DNA of 64,000 nucleotides from Flavobacteriales bacterium. Its GTDB lineage: Bacteria > Bacteroidota > Bacteroidia > Flavobacteriales_D > CAJJDF01. The notes beneath the pieces are model-generated. The model was not told where the DNA came from. It saw nothing but the letters and a program-made list of their open reading frames with translations, and searched no databases. Position numbers and translations under genes: made by a program. The stretch lies in assembly GCA_965657945.1 (NCBI GenBank), contig CBFHPW010000001.1:2948-66947 (forward strand), read 5' to 3'. The stretch's first letter is position 1. The number at the start of each line of letters is the position of its first letter. Of the stretch, positions 1 through 9,572 are shown piece by piece.

Positions 1-234
1 AACAAACAAAAAATAATATGTTCTTTAGTTTCTTGATAGAAATTAGGTTCTTTTATTTAAGACGTAAAAATAGTGATTTAGTTGCTCATTTTTGTCCAAT
101 TATTAAACATTAAAATAAGTGATTTATTGTTAAAAAGTATGTTATTTATTTTCTTTCTAGTCACTTGGAAAACCTAGCTTATAGTCGTATTTTAACGTTT
201 TAATTTCAATCATTAAAACAAAGCCTTAAAACGT

Positions 235-2076
235 ATGTCACAAAACGATACTTACAATGAAGATAGTATAAGAACCTTAGATTGGAAGGAACATATTCGC
301 CTACGACCGGGAATGTATATCGGGAAATTGGGGGATGGTTCTTCTGCCGATGATGGTGTTTATATTTTAATAAAAGAGGTAGTTGATAACTGTATTGATG
401 AGTACGTAATGGGTTACGGAAAGAAGATTGAGATTAAAGTGAAAGATACTACGGTTACCATCCGGGATTATGGAAGGGGAATTCCCTTGGGTAAAATGAT
501 TGATTCGGTTTCTAAGATTAACACTGGTGCAAAGTATGATTCAAAAGCATTTAAAAAATCGGTGGGTCTTAATGGAGTTGGAACTAAGGCTGTAAATGCT
601 TTGTCATCTACTTTTAGGATTGAAGCTTACAGGGAAGGAAAGGCAAAAAAAGCAGTATTTAAAACAGGAGTGCTAGAAGAGGATTTACCGATAATTGACA
701 CTGACCAATCCAATGGAACTTTTGTTCAATTTGAAGCTGATGCAACTGTTTTTAAGAATTATAACTTTAGATTTCCTTTTATCGAGAAAATGATTTGGAA
801 TTATTGCTACCTTAACCCAGGATTAGCGATATATTTTAATGGCAATAAATTTTTATCAAAAAATGGATTGTTGGATTTATTGGAAAACAACATGGATGCC
901 GAGCCATTGTATCCAATTATTCATTTGAAAGGAGAGGATATTGAGGTGGCAATAACTCACGCCAGACAATACGGAGAAGAATACTATTCCTTTGTAAATG
1001 GTCAGCATACTACGCAAGGAGGAACTCATCAAAATGCATTTAGGCAGGCTTACGTAAAAGTGGTTCGAGATTATTTCAACAAGAATTATGAAGCGGTTGA
1101 TATTAGAGCTTCAATTGTTGCGGCTATTTCTGTAAAAGTAATGGAGCCTGTATTTGAGTCTCAAACGAAGACTAAATTAGGTTCGAACGATATTGAGCCT
1201 GGTGGAAAATCAATGAATGCTTTTGTCAATGATTTTTTGAAAGAAAAATTGGACAACTTTCTTCACAAAAACCCTGAAGTTGCCGAAAATTTAGAAAAGA
1301 AAATTAAGCAATCTGAAAAAGAAAGAAAAGAACTTACCGGAATCAGAAAGCTGGCAAAGGATAGAGCCAAGAAAGCGAACTTGCACAACAAAAAATTAAG
1401 AGATTGTCGAATTCACTTAACAGACAAAAAGAATGAAAGACACTTGGATACCTCCATTTTTATTACTGAGGGAGATTCGGCTAGTGGATCTATTACAAAG
1501 TCTAGAGATGTAAACACTCAAGCAGTTTTTAGTTTGAAGGGGAAGCCGCTTAATTCTTTTGGTTTGACAAAAAAAGTGGTGTACGAAAATGAAGAATTTA
1601 ATCTGGTACAGGCTGCCTTGGATATTGAAGATGGATTGGAAACACTGCGGTACAACAATGTAATTATTGCGACAGATGCGGATGTTGATGGAATGCACAT
1701 TCGATTGTTACTATTGACTTTTTTCTTGCAATTTTTCCCAGACTTAATCAAGAATGGACACGTGTATATTCTTCAAACGCCTCTGTTTCGAGTAAGAAAT
1801 AAAAAAGAAACAAGGTATTGTTACACGGAAGATGAGCGACAGGCAGCAATGAGTGAATTGGGTAAAAATCCTGAAATCACAAGGTTTAAAGGGTTAGGAG
1901 AGATTTCACCAAATGAGTTTAAATATTTTATTGGGGAGGATATTCGATTAGAGCCAGTCTTGATAAACAAAGAAGCGACCGTAGCCGAATTGCTTGAGTT
2001 TTATATGGGTAAAAATACTCCTGATAGGCAAAAGTTTATTATCGAGAATCTGAAAGTATTGGAGGACGATATTTAA
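235..2076 (+). CDS. parE: DNA topoisomerase IV subunit B (type IIA topoisomerase ATPase/TOPRIM subunit)
   Basis: 613-aa ORF. GHKL ATPase N-terminus ([23 protein letters not shown]). TOPRIM motifs EGDSA and ATDADVDG. The short length favours ParE over GyrB, and the cognate A subunit lies at 9573. Confidence 0.85.
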   Translation: MSQNDTYNEDSIRTLDWKEHIRLRPGMYIGKLGDGSSADDGVYILIKEVVDNCIDEYVMGYGKKIEIKVKDTTVTIRDYGRGIPLGKMIDSVSKINTGAKYDSKAFKKSVGLNGVGTKAVNALSSTFRIEAYREGKAKKAVFKTGVLEEDLPIIDTDQSNGTFVQFEADATVFKNYNFRFPFIEKMIWNYCYLNPGLAIYFNGNKFLSKNGLLDLLENNMDAEPLYPIIHLKGEDIEVAITHARQYGEEYYSFVNGQHTTQGGTHQNAFRQAYVKVVRDYFNKNYEAVDIRASIVAAISVKVMEPVFESQTKTKLGSNDIEPGGKSMNAFVNDFLKEKLDNFLHKNPEVAENLEKKIKQSEKERKELTGIRKLAKDRAKKANLHNKKLRDCRIHLTDKKNERHLDTSIFITEGDSASGSITKSRDVNTQAVFSLKGKPLNSFGLTKKVVYENEEFNLVQAALDIEDGLETLRYNNVIIATDADVDGMHIRLLLLTFFLQFFPDLIKNGHVYILQTPLFRVRNKKETRYCYTEDERQAAMSELGKNPEITRFKGLGEISPNEFKYFIGEDIRLEPVLINKEATVAELLEFYMGKNTPDRQKFIIENLKVLEDDI

Positions 2077-2137
2077 CAGTTAACAACATTCATTTGACGT
2101 GAATACAACGTTTAAATAAATTGCACAAAAGAGGAAA

Positions 2138-3949
2138 ATGAAATCGACAGCTTCAAATGAGAAAAAACTATTTATTTTGTTGTCTCTTATTTCTTTTGGA
2201 GTACTTATACTAAGAGCGATTAATGTTCCATTGTTTCACGATGAAGTCCGCACGTTTAATCATTTTATTAAATCGGGAATTTTATCACCTTTTAGTGAAT
2301 ATAGGGCTGCCAATAATCATTTGGTGAATAGTTTTTTATCCAGATTTTCCTATTTGATTTTTGGAGATTCTCCCATAGCAATCCGATTGCCCAATGTACT
2401 TTCTTATCTCGTTTATTTAGTTTTTGTCTACCGAATCGGGAATTGGTTTCGGACAAAAACTGCTAAATGGACATTTTTTATCCTTCTGTTATTTAGCTTT
2501 CATTTCATCAGTTTTTTTGGGTTGTCGAGAGGATACGGATTGGGCTTTGCTAGCTTGCTGGTTGGTATGTTTTATTTGGGGAAATTTGCTCAACATGTTT
2601 CTCATAAATCTCTTTCTCTCACTTTGTTGTGCTTTGGAATTGCTCTTTATTCCTTTTTCTCACTTTTGCTACCTATCCTTGTGATGTTAGGAATAGTTGG
2701 TTATTCTCTCATTAATCAATATAAAAAGATAGAGAAGGCAGATTGGATAGGATACGTCAGTTTAATTTCTGCATTTATAGCAATACTAGGTTATGCCATT
2801 CATATTCTTTTTTACTACAAGGGTTATGGGATTTTGTGGTTTGGGTTTTTAGAAGGATTTTGGAAAAACACGGTGGTTTCTTTGCTGCAATTAATATTTG
2901 AGCCGGGTCAGTTTTTGGGAGTTTTAGAAGTGCTAACCTTTTTGATTTTTGGCTTCGTTTGCTTTGTTTTTATTCAACATTTCGAAGCAAAAAAATGGAT
3001 TAATAGAAGTAATTTATTTTTCGTTTTTTTAATTTTCAATATCTTGGGAGTATTGTTGTTAGCTTGGCTTTTTGATGTGAACTACCCGTATCAACGAACC
3101 GGTTTACACCTTTACTTCTTTTTTGTAGCAGCCTTTAGTTTTGCTATAGATTTTGTGAAAGAGGAAAAAGTAAAGTACTTTGTTCTTGCTCCATTCTTTT
3201 TGGTTCCAATCCATTTTTTGTCAAGTTATAATCTTGATTATGTCAGTTTGTGGCAGGAGGATACTTTGCCCTATTCATTTTTTGAAACTATTAAAAATGA
3301 GGAAAAGAGCAAACCAAAAGGCAACAAAAGTTCGCTTTATATTGAGGGAACTGCAATATCTGTTTGGAGTTATGGGGTGTATAAATGGAATCAAGAATTG
3401 CCCATTTGCTCTTCCAACATAGATACCAATTCGAGGTATTACGATTATATTATTGACAAAAAAATAAATATGACTAGGCTGAATGGGTTGTACGATTCTA
3501 TCGATTCTCAGCCAAATTCTGATGTGGTATTGTATAAAAGAAAGCGCCCAGTAAAGAAAAGCATTTATAAAACAATTGAATTTAACGAAACCATTGCGAA
3601 AAACAAAGATCAGTTGTTTGCCAATTTTGTTGTTGATTCTTTGCCTTCCTCTTCGCTTTGGTTCGATTTCGAAACCACCATTCGGTTCATTGATTACCCC
3701 ATGCATGTTTACCTTGTTTTTTCGATGGAGAATCCCGAAACGCACGAAAAGTATTCGTACAAATTTATAGAGTTTGATAGACTGATACATTGGGATAAAC
3801 AAAACCATAAAATCTACACAGAACTGGCCAACGATTTGCCTTTGGATAAACCAGTGGAGGTAAAGGTGTATTTCTGGAATCGCTATGAAAGAGCCTATGA
3901 GCTGAACAAGAGTGAGCTCTCAATCTATGCAGTAGATACGAATAGTTAG
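2138..3949 (+). CDS. GT-C-fold (ArnT/PMT, GT39/GT83-like) polytopic membrane glycosyltransferase candidate, paralog A
   Basis: 603 aa. About 10 or more hydrophobic helices in the first ~370 aa, followed by a ~230-aa soluble C-terminal domain. An acidic HDE motif follows TM1 (NVPLFHDEVRTF). NNHLVNS and AIRLPNVLS motifs are shared with the ORF at 7528. Confidence 0.6.
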   Translation: MKSTASNEKKLFILLSLISFGVLILRAINVPLFHDEVRTFNHFIKSGILSPFSEYRAANNHLVNSFLSRFSYLIFGDSPIAIRLPNVLSYLVYLVFVYRIGNWFRTKTAKWTFFILLLFSFHFISFFGLSRGYGLGFASLLVGMFYLGKFAQHVSHKSLSLTLLCFGIALYSFFSLLLPILVMLGIVGYSLINQYKKIEKADWIGYVSLISAFIAILGYAIHILFYYKGYGILWFGFLEGFWKNTVVSLLQLIFEPGQFLGVLEVLTFLIFGFVCFVFIQHFEAKKWINRSNLFFVFLIFNILGVLLLAWLFDVNYPYQRTGLHLYFFFVAAFSFAIDFVKEEKVKYFVLAPFFLVPIHFLSSYNLDYVSLWQEDTLPYSFFETIKNEEKSKPKGNKSSLYIEGTAISVWSYGVYKWNQELPICSSNIDTNSRYYDYIIDKKINMTRLNGLYDSIDSQPNSDVVLYKRKRPVKKSIYKTIEFNETIAKNKDQLFANFVVDSLPSSSLWFDFETTIRFIDYPMHVYLVFSMENPETHEKYSYKFIEFDRLIHWDKQNHKIYTELANDLPLDKPVEVKVYFWNRYERAYELNKSELSIYAVDTNS

Positions 3950-3951
3950 TT

Positions 3952-6270
3952 TTAGGGAGTGACAGCGATGATTTTAACTTCAAAATCATCAATTAGTAGT
4001 TTTTCAGTGTCTTTGTTCCAGAAATAAATGAGAATTTGACTTGTGTCCGAATCCGTGCGTCTAATCGTTTTTTGCGTGTAGATATGTTGCCAATCTTTTC
4101 GACTTTTTACCGGTATTGGAATCCAAAAATCGTTTTGTGAGTTTTTTCTTTCGATCACTAAATCGGCTATTTCTCCCTCAAAATTTGTTTTGGCTTGAAC
4201 TTGAATCGTAAGAAATTCACTTTCGGTATTTTTCCAGACAGAATCTAACGTGATTCTATATGTGAATGAATATTTTTCTTTTTCGATAAGGTTAGCCGAA
4301 TTGCTTTCAAAACCTTGGTTGCTTTTTTCGAACCAGATGGAATTTTCCCTTTTTTCGAAGTCAATAAATTCAGCGAGTAGGATATTCGATTTTTGTACAC
4401 CAGATTTATTGAAAGGATTGATGTTAATCGAGTCAGATTTGAGTGAATTATGAATGAATTGATACTGGAATCCTTGGTTGTAAGCGGAGTAAAATACTTT
4501 TCTGATTCTGAAAAATTCGGTGTTTCCAGAAAAATATTGCGAACTTATTTCATTAACAAATGGCGAAATCCAAATTCCATCAACTGCGGTGTTCGGCACA
4601 AATCGGTAGGTAAAAATTCGATCGTCACTCAATTTGTAGTCTATTTCATACAAGTCATCTTTGTACAAAAATGTGCCGAGTTGCCTAAAAAAGGAATGCT
4701 CCAAAACAATTTTGCTTCGAACAAAACTCTTGGTTTTGGGAACTGCAATCCAGTCACCAAAATTCGCTTCATTGGTCGTTTCAGATGTTTGAATTAAGAT
4801 ATTGGGAACTTGCTTTTTCTTAAACAATTTGAACCTCTTGGTGAGAGCTACCGATTCATAATTTCTCAATATAGTTGAGATAACCAGTGGTTCGTCATTT
4901 ATGAGTAATCTTTGGTCAAAAGAACCCATGTTTCCCTCATAATTATCAGGGTAAAAGTGCCACAGTATATATTCAGGCGCATCTTTTCCTTGGTAATGTT
5001 CGCTAGCTAATTTCGAAACCCAATGAGAAGAAGAGGCTCCGATTTCAATAGATTTTCTTGGCGACCAATTTAGCTTATTAGCTTGAGCATAGTTGTGTTC
5101 CCAAGGATAAAAGTCGATCGTTTTGTTACCTATAATTGCTCTAATTTCTTCGGGGAGTTCAAGAATTTTTAAATTTGAATCGGTTACTATTTTCTGGCTT
5201 TGAATAAAATCCTTGTTCAAAACCATTTGCTTAAAATTAGTCAGTCCATCAAATTTCATGGCAATTCCGTTATATCCATCAATCGTGCTGAAATTGATAA
5301 AAAAGAAGAAAGATGTTAGAAATCCATAGAAAATTACTCTCCATTTGCTGTGAGTTTCTAACAAGTAGGCAACACCAAAGAATACAACAGTAAAATAGAA
5401 TAGAATCCCGTTGTGGCTAGTATCTTCTCTTACCATTGCGTGTTTCCACATCATAAAAAAGGTAGGTAGCAAAATCCAAAAGAAGGAAGATAGTTTTCTT
5501 TTTTTGAAAAACAAGGGGAAAGTCAGAACCAACAAAATGAAGCTGCCAAGTGCCCACCAATTGTTGGCTGGATGAATAGCTAAGGAAGAAGAGTAGCCCG
5601 AAGAAATTTTAAAAGCATGAATAAAATGCTGCCAAGTACTCAGGAAACTGCCAAAAATGAGAAGGCCAAAAAAGAAAATTGTAGCGAAAGAAATGACAGA
5701 ATCTTTGAGGAATTTACGCCAGTTTTTTGTTCTTAAAAATGAAATAAAAAGAGTAAAGAATACGACAGAAAAACAGGATATTCCGATGGAGGTTTTTATG
5801 TTGAAACCGAGGTAAGTAACTGCAGTAAGTGTAAAAAGAAAACTGATTTTATTTCTTTCGAGATACTTGAGGGCCAGTAAACTGGAAAGAAGGACAAAGG
5901 TAATGTCGTAACCAGAAAAGCCTGAAATCATTGCCACGGCAATAACAGATCCTATTCTTGAAGTGAGAGTTTTGAGGTTGTTAAGACTCAGAAGAAGGTA
6001 AATCGTAAAAAACTTCAGGATAGAAATGACCAAATAAGCTAGAACAAGGTTTAGACCAATTGGCAAAGGCATTTTTAGAAAACCAAATACTCCAATGGGG
6101 TAAACCAATTCTGTCAGTCGTTCGAAGTCATAAGCAAATAAGTGATTTAGTCCCCACCCATAAGAAGAATCAAGACCTGGAGCCGAAACCAGATAAAAGG
6201 AGGGAAACGTGAGCAATACGAGACAAATACTCGTTAAGACTCTCGTTGTTTTCTTGTTTTTGATTTGCAT
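3952..6270 (-). CDS. Large polytopic membrane protein with ~440-aa extracytoplasmic C-terminal domain (GT-C-like architecture), function unknown
   Basis: 772-aa ORF. The N-terminal ~330 aa are almost entirely hydrophobic helices. The C-terminus ends with ILIYFWN...DDFEVKI, resembling the C-terminal motif of the two flanking paralogs. It converges on the previous gene with only a 2-nt spacer. Confidence 0.6.
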   Translation of the reverse strand: MQIKNKKTTRVLTSICLVLLTFPSFYLVSAPGLDSSYGWGLNHLFAYDFERLTELVYPIGVFGFLKMPLPIGLNLVLAYLVISILKFFTIYLLLSLNNLKTLTSRIGSVIAVAMISGFSGYDITFVLLSSLLALKYLERNKISFLFTLTAVTYLGFNIKTSIGISCFSVVFFTLFISFLRTKNWRKFLKDSVISFATIFFFGLLIFGSFLSTWQHFIHAFKISSGYSSSLAIHPANNWWALGSFILLVLTFPLFFKKRKLSSFFWILLPTFFMMWKHAMVREDTSHNGILFYFTVVFFGVAYLLETHSKWRVIFYGFLTSFFFFINFSTIDGYNGIAMKFDGLTNFKQMVLNKDFIQSQKIVTDSNLKILELPEEIRAIIGNKTIDFYPWEHNYAQANKLNWSPRKSIEIGASSSHWVSKLASEHYQGKDAPEYILWHFYPDNYEGNMGSFDQRLLINDEPLVISTILRNYESVALTKRFKLFKKKQVPNILIQTSETTNEANFGDWIAVPKTKSFVRSKIVLEHSFFRQLGTFLYKDDLYEIDYKLSDDRIFTYRFVPNTAVDGIWISPFVNEISSQYFSGNTEFFRIRKVFYSAYNQGFQYQFIHNSLKSDSININPFNKSGVQKSNILLAEFIDFEKRENSIWFEKSNQGFESNSANLIEKEKYSFTYRITLDSVWKNTESEFLTIQVQAKTNFEGEIADLVIERKNSQNDFWIPIPVKSRKDWQHIYTQKTIRRTDSDTSQILIYFWNKDTEKLLIDDFEVKIIAVTP

Positions 6271-6284
6271 TGGCTAAAAATACA

Positions 6285-6540
6285 AATAATACCGCATCGC
6301 AAGCTATTTTTGGAAAGTTTCAGCTGCACATTTTTGGTTAATAGGAATGAAATATGCCATTAAAATTTCTTTCAAAATGAAAGAAGTAGGTTCGTTGTAT
6401 TCAGGTGAATTAGATTTTTTGGTATATTACCATTAAATCACAGTTGCTTATGCTGTTTGATGCCGATTGAATACTGATTCATAATTGTGCTATGATTTTT
6501 GTTTTTCTTTTGGTGGGTGTTTTTAGTAAACTATTGTCTG
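6285..6540 (+). pseudogene. Decayed internal fragment of the GT-C-like gene at 7528-9372
   Basis: 6356-6415 matches 8170-8229 at 56 of 60 nt by hand alignment. Flanking similarity is weaker (6288-6297 aataccgcat = 8102-8111, and ctgcac...ttttggtt blocks). The conceptual translation YAIKISFKMKEVGSLYSGELD matches YAIKISFKMKEEGSLYYGELD. A +2 T frameshift lies near 6315 and in-frame stops occur. Both the N- and C-terminal gene parts are missing. Confidence 0.7.
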
Positions 6541-6755
6541 TAGGCGAGTTAAGGTCAATTATTAACAGTGACTTTGTTATTTCGTCTAGTGTGATCTCAG
6601 ATGGTTATGGAAATGATGTTTTTGTAAAAAAAAGACATCAATAGTTGTCAATTTACACTCAACACATCAAATGTTTATTCCTTTGGATCATATTATATTA
6701 AGTTGTTTGATACTAAAGGAATTGAATTAGGCTCTAAAAAAATAATAATTACAAA

Positions 6756-7349
6756 ATGAAAACATTCATTCTCATAATTACACTTAACATTATTTTTTTA
6801 AATGATTTGTTTACACAAAATAAAATGAACTATTGGTTGGAAGAGTTCCGATTTGGAATTAATTCTTCTTTTAATTCTAACTTTGATAATAAATTGGGGT
6901 TTAATTTGACAGTTTTAGGAAAACCAATCAATAAAACTAATTTTTCTGTATTGTTAGGTGTTGAGTATTTGAATAGTTCTACTGTTGTGAAGGATATCGC
7001 ACCAACCAAATATTCTGAGATTAAAAATGGAATTTACAGATTTAATTTTATATCGGTTCCTTTGATTTTTAGACACGACTTTTTTCATAAAAAGTTGTTT
7101 TTTGAGTATGGTTTGAAGTTTGACTATGATGTAGCCTCATCTCATGAGTTTCTGAACAAACATAATAAATTGAATTTATTCGTTTTACCGTCTATTCAGT
7201 TTGGTTTAGGAAATAAAATTTCAATTGGCGAGGAGAATGTTTTGGTTTTATTAGGCACCAATCTCTCGACAAAATTAATGAGTAGCATTACTAAAGATTA
7301 TGTTCTGAGGTATAATACAATTTATTTTTCCGTGGCTTATGCTTTGTAA
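6756..7349 (+). CDS. Small outer-membrane beta-barrel (porin-family/PorT-like) protein candidate
   Basis: 197 aa. N-terminal signal-like segment (IITLNIIFLNDLFTQ). Alternating hydrophobic beta-strand pattern (FNFISVPLIFRHDF, LFFEYGLKFDY). No specific family motif recognised. Confidence 0.45.
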   Translation: MKTFILIITLNIIFLNDLFTQNKMNYWLEEFRFGINSSFNSNFDNKLGFNLTVLGKPINKTNFSVLLGVEYLNSSTVVKDIAPTKYSEIKNGIYRFNFISVPLIFRHDFFHKKLFFEYGLKFDYDVASSHEFLNKHNKLNLFVLPSIQFGLGNKISIGEENVLVLLGTNLSTKLMSSITKDYVLRYNTIYFSVAYAL

Positions 7350-7527
7350 AATCCATTGCAATCTTACTGGTGTTTTCATGAGAATCTCAAAATATTGCAG
7401 TTTTAAATTTATCTAAAGATTGTGTACTTCAAATTATCCCCGAGGAATTATTGGTTCATTGTTTTGAGAGCTTTAACTTTTCATTTTTTTAAAGTTGGAA
7501 ATTGTTCTAATTTTAACAAAGCTATTT

Positions 7528-9372
7528 ATGAAAAAAAATCTATACATTCTCCTCTCCACTTTGGTATTTATTTACCTGTTGGTCAGGGCAATTTATGTTC
7601 CGTTGGTTCACGATGAAATAGCCACTTTTTTCTATTACATACAGATGCTGGATGTAAATCCATTGGCTGGGGCAAATCCAGATGCTAACAACCATATTTT
7701 GAATTCATTGTTGGCGGGAATTTCGCACAAATATTTGGGTTATTCAGCTTTTGCAATTCGATTACCCAATTTACTTTCGTTTGTTTTCTACGCTTTTTTT
7801 CTATGGAAAATAGGTCAGTTTTTAAGTAATAAATGGACTCAAGTTGCTTTTTACGTTAGTTTATTGTTTGCAGTATATTTCGTTCAATTTTTTGCGCTTT
7901 CTCGTGGATATGGAATGTCCATGGCTTTTTTGTTTGGCGCCTTTTATTACGGTCTCAATTTGTATCAAGAATCTTCTGGGAAGAATGTGGCTTTTGGATT
8001 GTTATGTATGACTTTGGCTGTGTTTGCCAATATGAGTTTGCTTCCGTTGGTGTTGTTGTTGGCGTTGGTAATGGCGAATTTGGTCGTTAAAAGATTCAAA
8101 GAATACCGCATAGTGAGTCCTATTTGGATAGTTCCAGCTGCACTTTTTTGGTTGGTTGGAATGTATTACGCCATTAAAATTTCTTTCAAAATGAAAGAGG
8201 AAGGTTCGTTGTATTACGGTGAATTAGATGGTTTTTGGGCTATAACAGTTAAGTCCCAACTTCTTATGTTGTTCGAGAACGACAGCCTAGTTGCTCAATT
8301 ATTTGTCAGTCTAATTTTGCTCGTCCTTTTGGGAATATTCATCCGGTTATTCAGTAAAGACAAATTCACTTCCATTTTTAAAACTCATTATTTCTTTTTC
8401 TATTTATTAATCGGTTCCGTTATTGGAATTGAATTAATGGCTAGGGTTCTCCATGTTAATTATCCAGAAGATAGAGTGGGCATGTACCTCATACCTCTTG
8501 TCATAGGAAGTCTATGTTTTGGAGCAGATAGAGTTAAAAAACCCTCTTCGGCTTGGCTTTTGCTTCCATTAATTGTGTTTCCAATTCATTTTTTTGTAAC
8601 TCTCAATATAGAAAAATCATCTTTGTGGCAAGTCGAGTATATTCCAGAAAGGTTTTATGAAACGATAAAGAACGATGCGAGTCATGAGGGATATGGGGCC
8701 ACAGTTGGAGGAGATGGTCAGCGAATCTTTACCTATTCACAAAAAATATATGCTGATACAATTTCGCCCAAACCCAATATGATGCAGCTGTGGCAAAAAA
8801 CTTTGTTCGACAGCAACTTGAATATTGTGTTGCCCAATCACCCGGCCCAATATTTTGATTATCTCATTTGTAAACCACAGTATGTACAAAGCGTATTGCA
8901 CTTGTTCGATTCAATTGATTATACTGAATCCACAAAATTTAGGCTTTACAAGAGGAAACGAACTCCAGAAACTACGAAACTTCGTGAGTTTGTGACTGAG
9001 GCAAAGAGTGAATCTTCGCAGGAGTTTATCGAGTTTTACCATCAGCGATTCGATTCTATTTCATTTGACGCTATGCAGCTAGGGCTCGAAATGAAGTTAC
9101 AATCATTGAGTCATCCATTTAGAGCGAGAGTTGTTGCTGAAATTCGCAATACATCTACAGGTGATAAAATTGATTATCAGTTTTTTCAATTGAATTGGTT
9201 GTATAAAAAAACTGAGCAAAACGAGCGCGTTGTTCAGCGATTTGTTTTTAATAATTTGAGGCACTTTGTAAAAGAATCGCCCATAGAAGTTGTCTTCTAC
9301 CTCTGGAATATCAATAGAAAGCCTTACACATTATATCATGCAAAGGTAGAGGAGTTTCTGGTGGATGATTAA
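7528..9372 (+). CDS. GT-C-fold (ArnT/PMT-like) polytopic membrane glycosyltransferase candidate, paralog B
   Basis: The ORF is open from 7495, but the ATG at 7528 (MKKNLYILLSTL) gives a typical N-terminus. YVPLVHDEIATF, NNHILNS, AIRLPNLLS, SLWQ...ETIKN, FDSID...LYKRKR and EVVFYLWN are all collinear with the ORF at 2138. Confidence 0.6.
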   Translation: MKKNLYILLSTLVFIYLLVRAIYVPLVHDEIATFFYYIQMLDVNPLAGANPDANNHILNSLLAGISHKYLGYSAFAIRLPNLLSFVFYAFFLWKIGQFLSNKWTQVAFYVSLLFAVYFVQFFALSRGYGMSMAFLFGAFYYGLNLYQESSGKNVAFGLLCMTLAVFANMSLLPLVLLLALVMANLVVKRFKEYRIVSPIWIVPAALFWLVGMYYAIKISFKMKEEGSLYYGELDGFWAITVKSQLLMLFENDSLVAQLFVSLILLVLLGIFIRLFSKDKFTSIFKTHYFFFYLLIGSVIGIELMARVLHVNYPEDRVGMYLIPLVIGSLCFGADRVKKPSSAWLLLPLIVFPIHFFVTLNIEKSSLWQVEYIPERFYETIKNDASHEGYGATVGGDGQRIFTYSQKIYADTISPKPNMMQLWQKTLFDSNLNIVLPNHPAQYFDYLICKPQYVQSVLHLFDSIDYTESTKFRLYKRKRTPETTKLREFVTEAKSESSQEFIEFYHQRFDSISFDAMQLGLEMKLQSLSHPFRARVVAEIRNTSTGDKIDYQFFQLNWLYKKTEQNERVVQRFVFNNLRHFVKESPIEVVFYLWNINRKPYTLYHAKVEEFLVDD

Positions 9373-9406
9373 GTTTTTGTACCTTGGTGAGTGAAGCCAT
9401 TTTGAT

Positions 9407-9447
9407 AAAATGAGAGAAACACTAGTTGTTTATTTACCTCTCATTTT
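9407..9447 (+). terminator. Imperfect long hairpin downstream of the GT-C paralog B gene
   Basis: AAAATGAGAG (9407-9416) pairs with CTCTCATTTT (9438-9447). An inner AAACA/TGTTT stem is also present. The T-run is part of the stem and the loop is large, so terminator function is uncertain. Confidence 0.3.
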
Positions 9448-9519
9448 GTGAATTAATTTGTTTAAAACATACTGTGACTTAAGTCAATAAAGTTGGTCGA
9501 AATTCTTATTTTTATAGGG

Positions 9520-9527
9520 TAGATTTG
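9520..9527 (+). promoter_or_regulatory. Bacteroidota sigma-A -7 box candidate (TAGATTTG) upstream of parC
   Basis: Matches the TAnnTTTG consensus, 46 nt upstream of the parC ATG. Confidence 0.35.
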
Positions 9528-9572
9528 TTGCGACTAACATCAAGTAAAAATCATTCATTTTCAATTAAATAA

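Noticed and set aside
67-129. Imperfect direct repeat AAAATAGTGATTTAGTTG / AAAATAAGTGATTTATTG (core AGTGATTTA twice, 46 nt apart) upstream of parE. Also an apparent palindrome near 189-204.
   Set aside because: On checking, the palindrome reduces to AACGTT only. A 9-mer repeat in very AT-rich leader DNA is weak evidence for an operator. The window edge also truncates the upstream context.
3275-3808. 177-aa minus-strand ORF inside the GT-C paralog A gene.
   Set aside because: It lies entirely antisense to a well-supported 603-aa gene that has a conserved paralog. Its sequence is odd and low in information, and it has no motif. This is a typical shadow ORF on the opposite strand.
7495-7527. 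Upstream extensions of ORFs in the track: 7495 vs 7528, 38034 vs 38058, 39612 vs 39642, 47887 vs 47923, 59751 vs 59643, 62987 vs 63053. Also the overlapping 64-aa ORF at 7422-7616.
   Set aside because: The internal ATGs give canonical N-termini (signal peptides, a Rossmann start, the standard ProS length). They also leave room for -7 boxes. The extensions add implausible residues.
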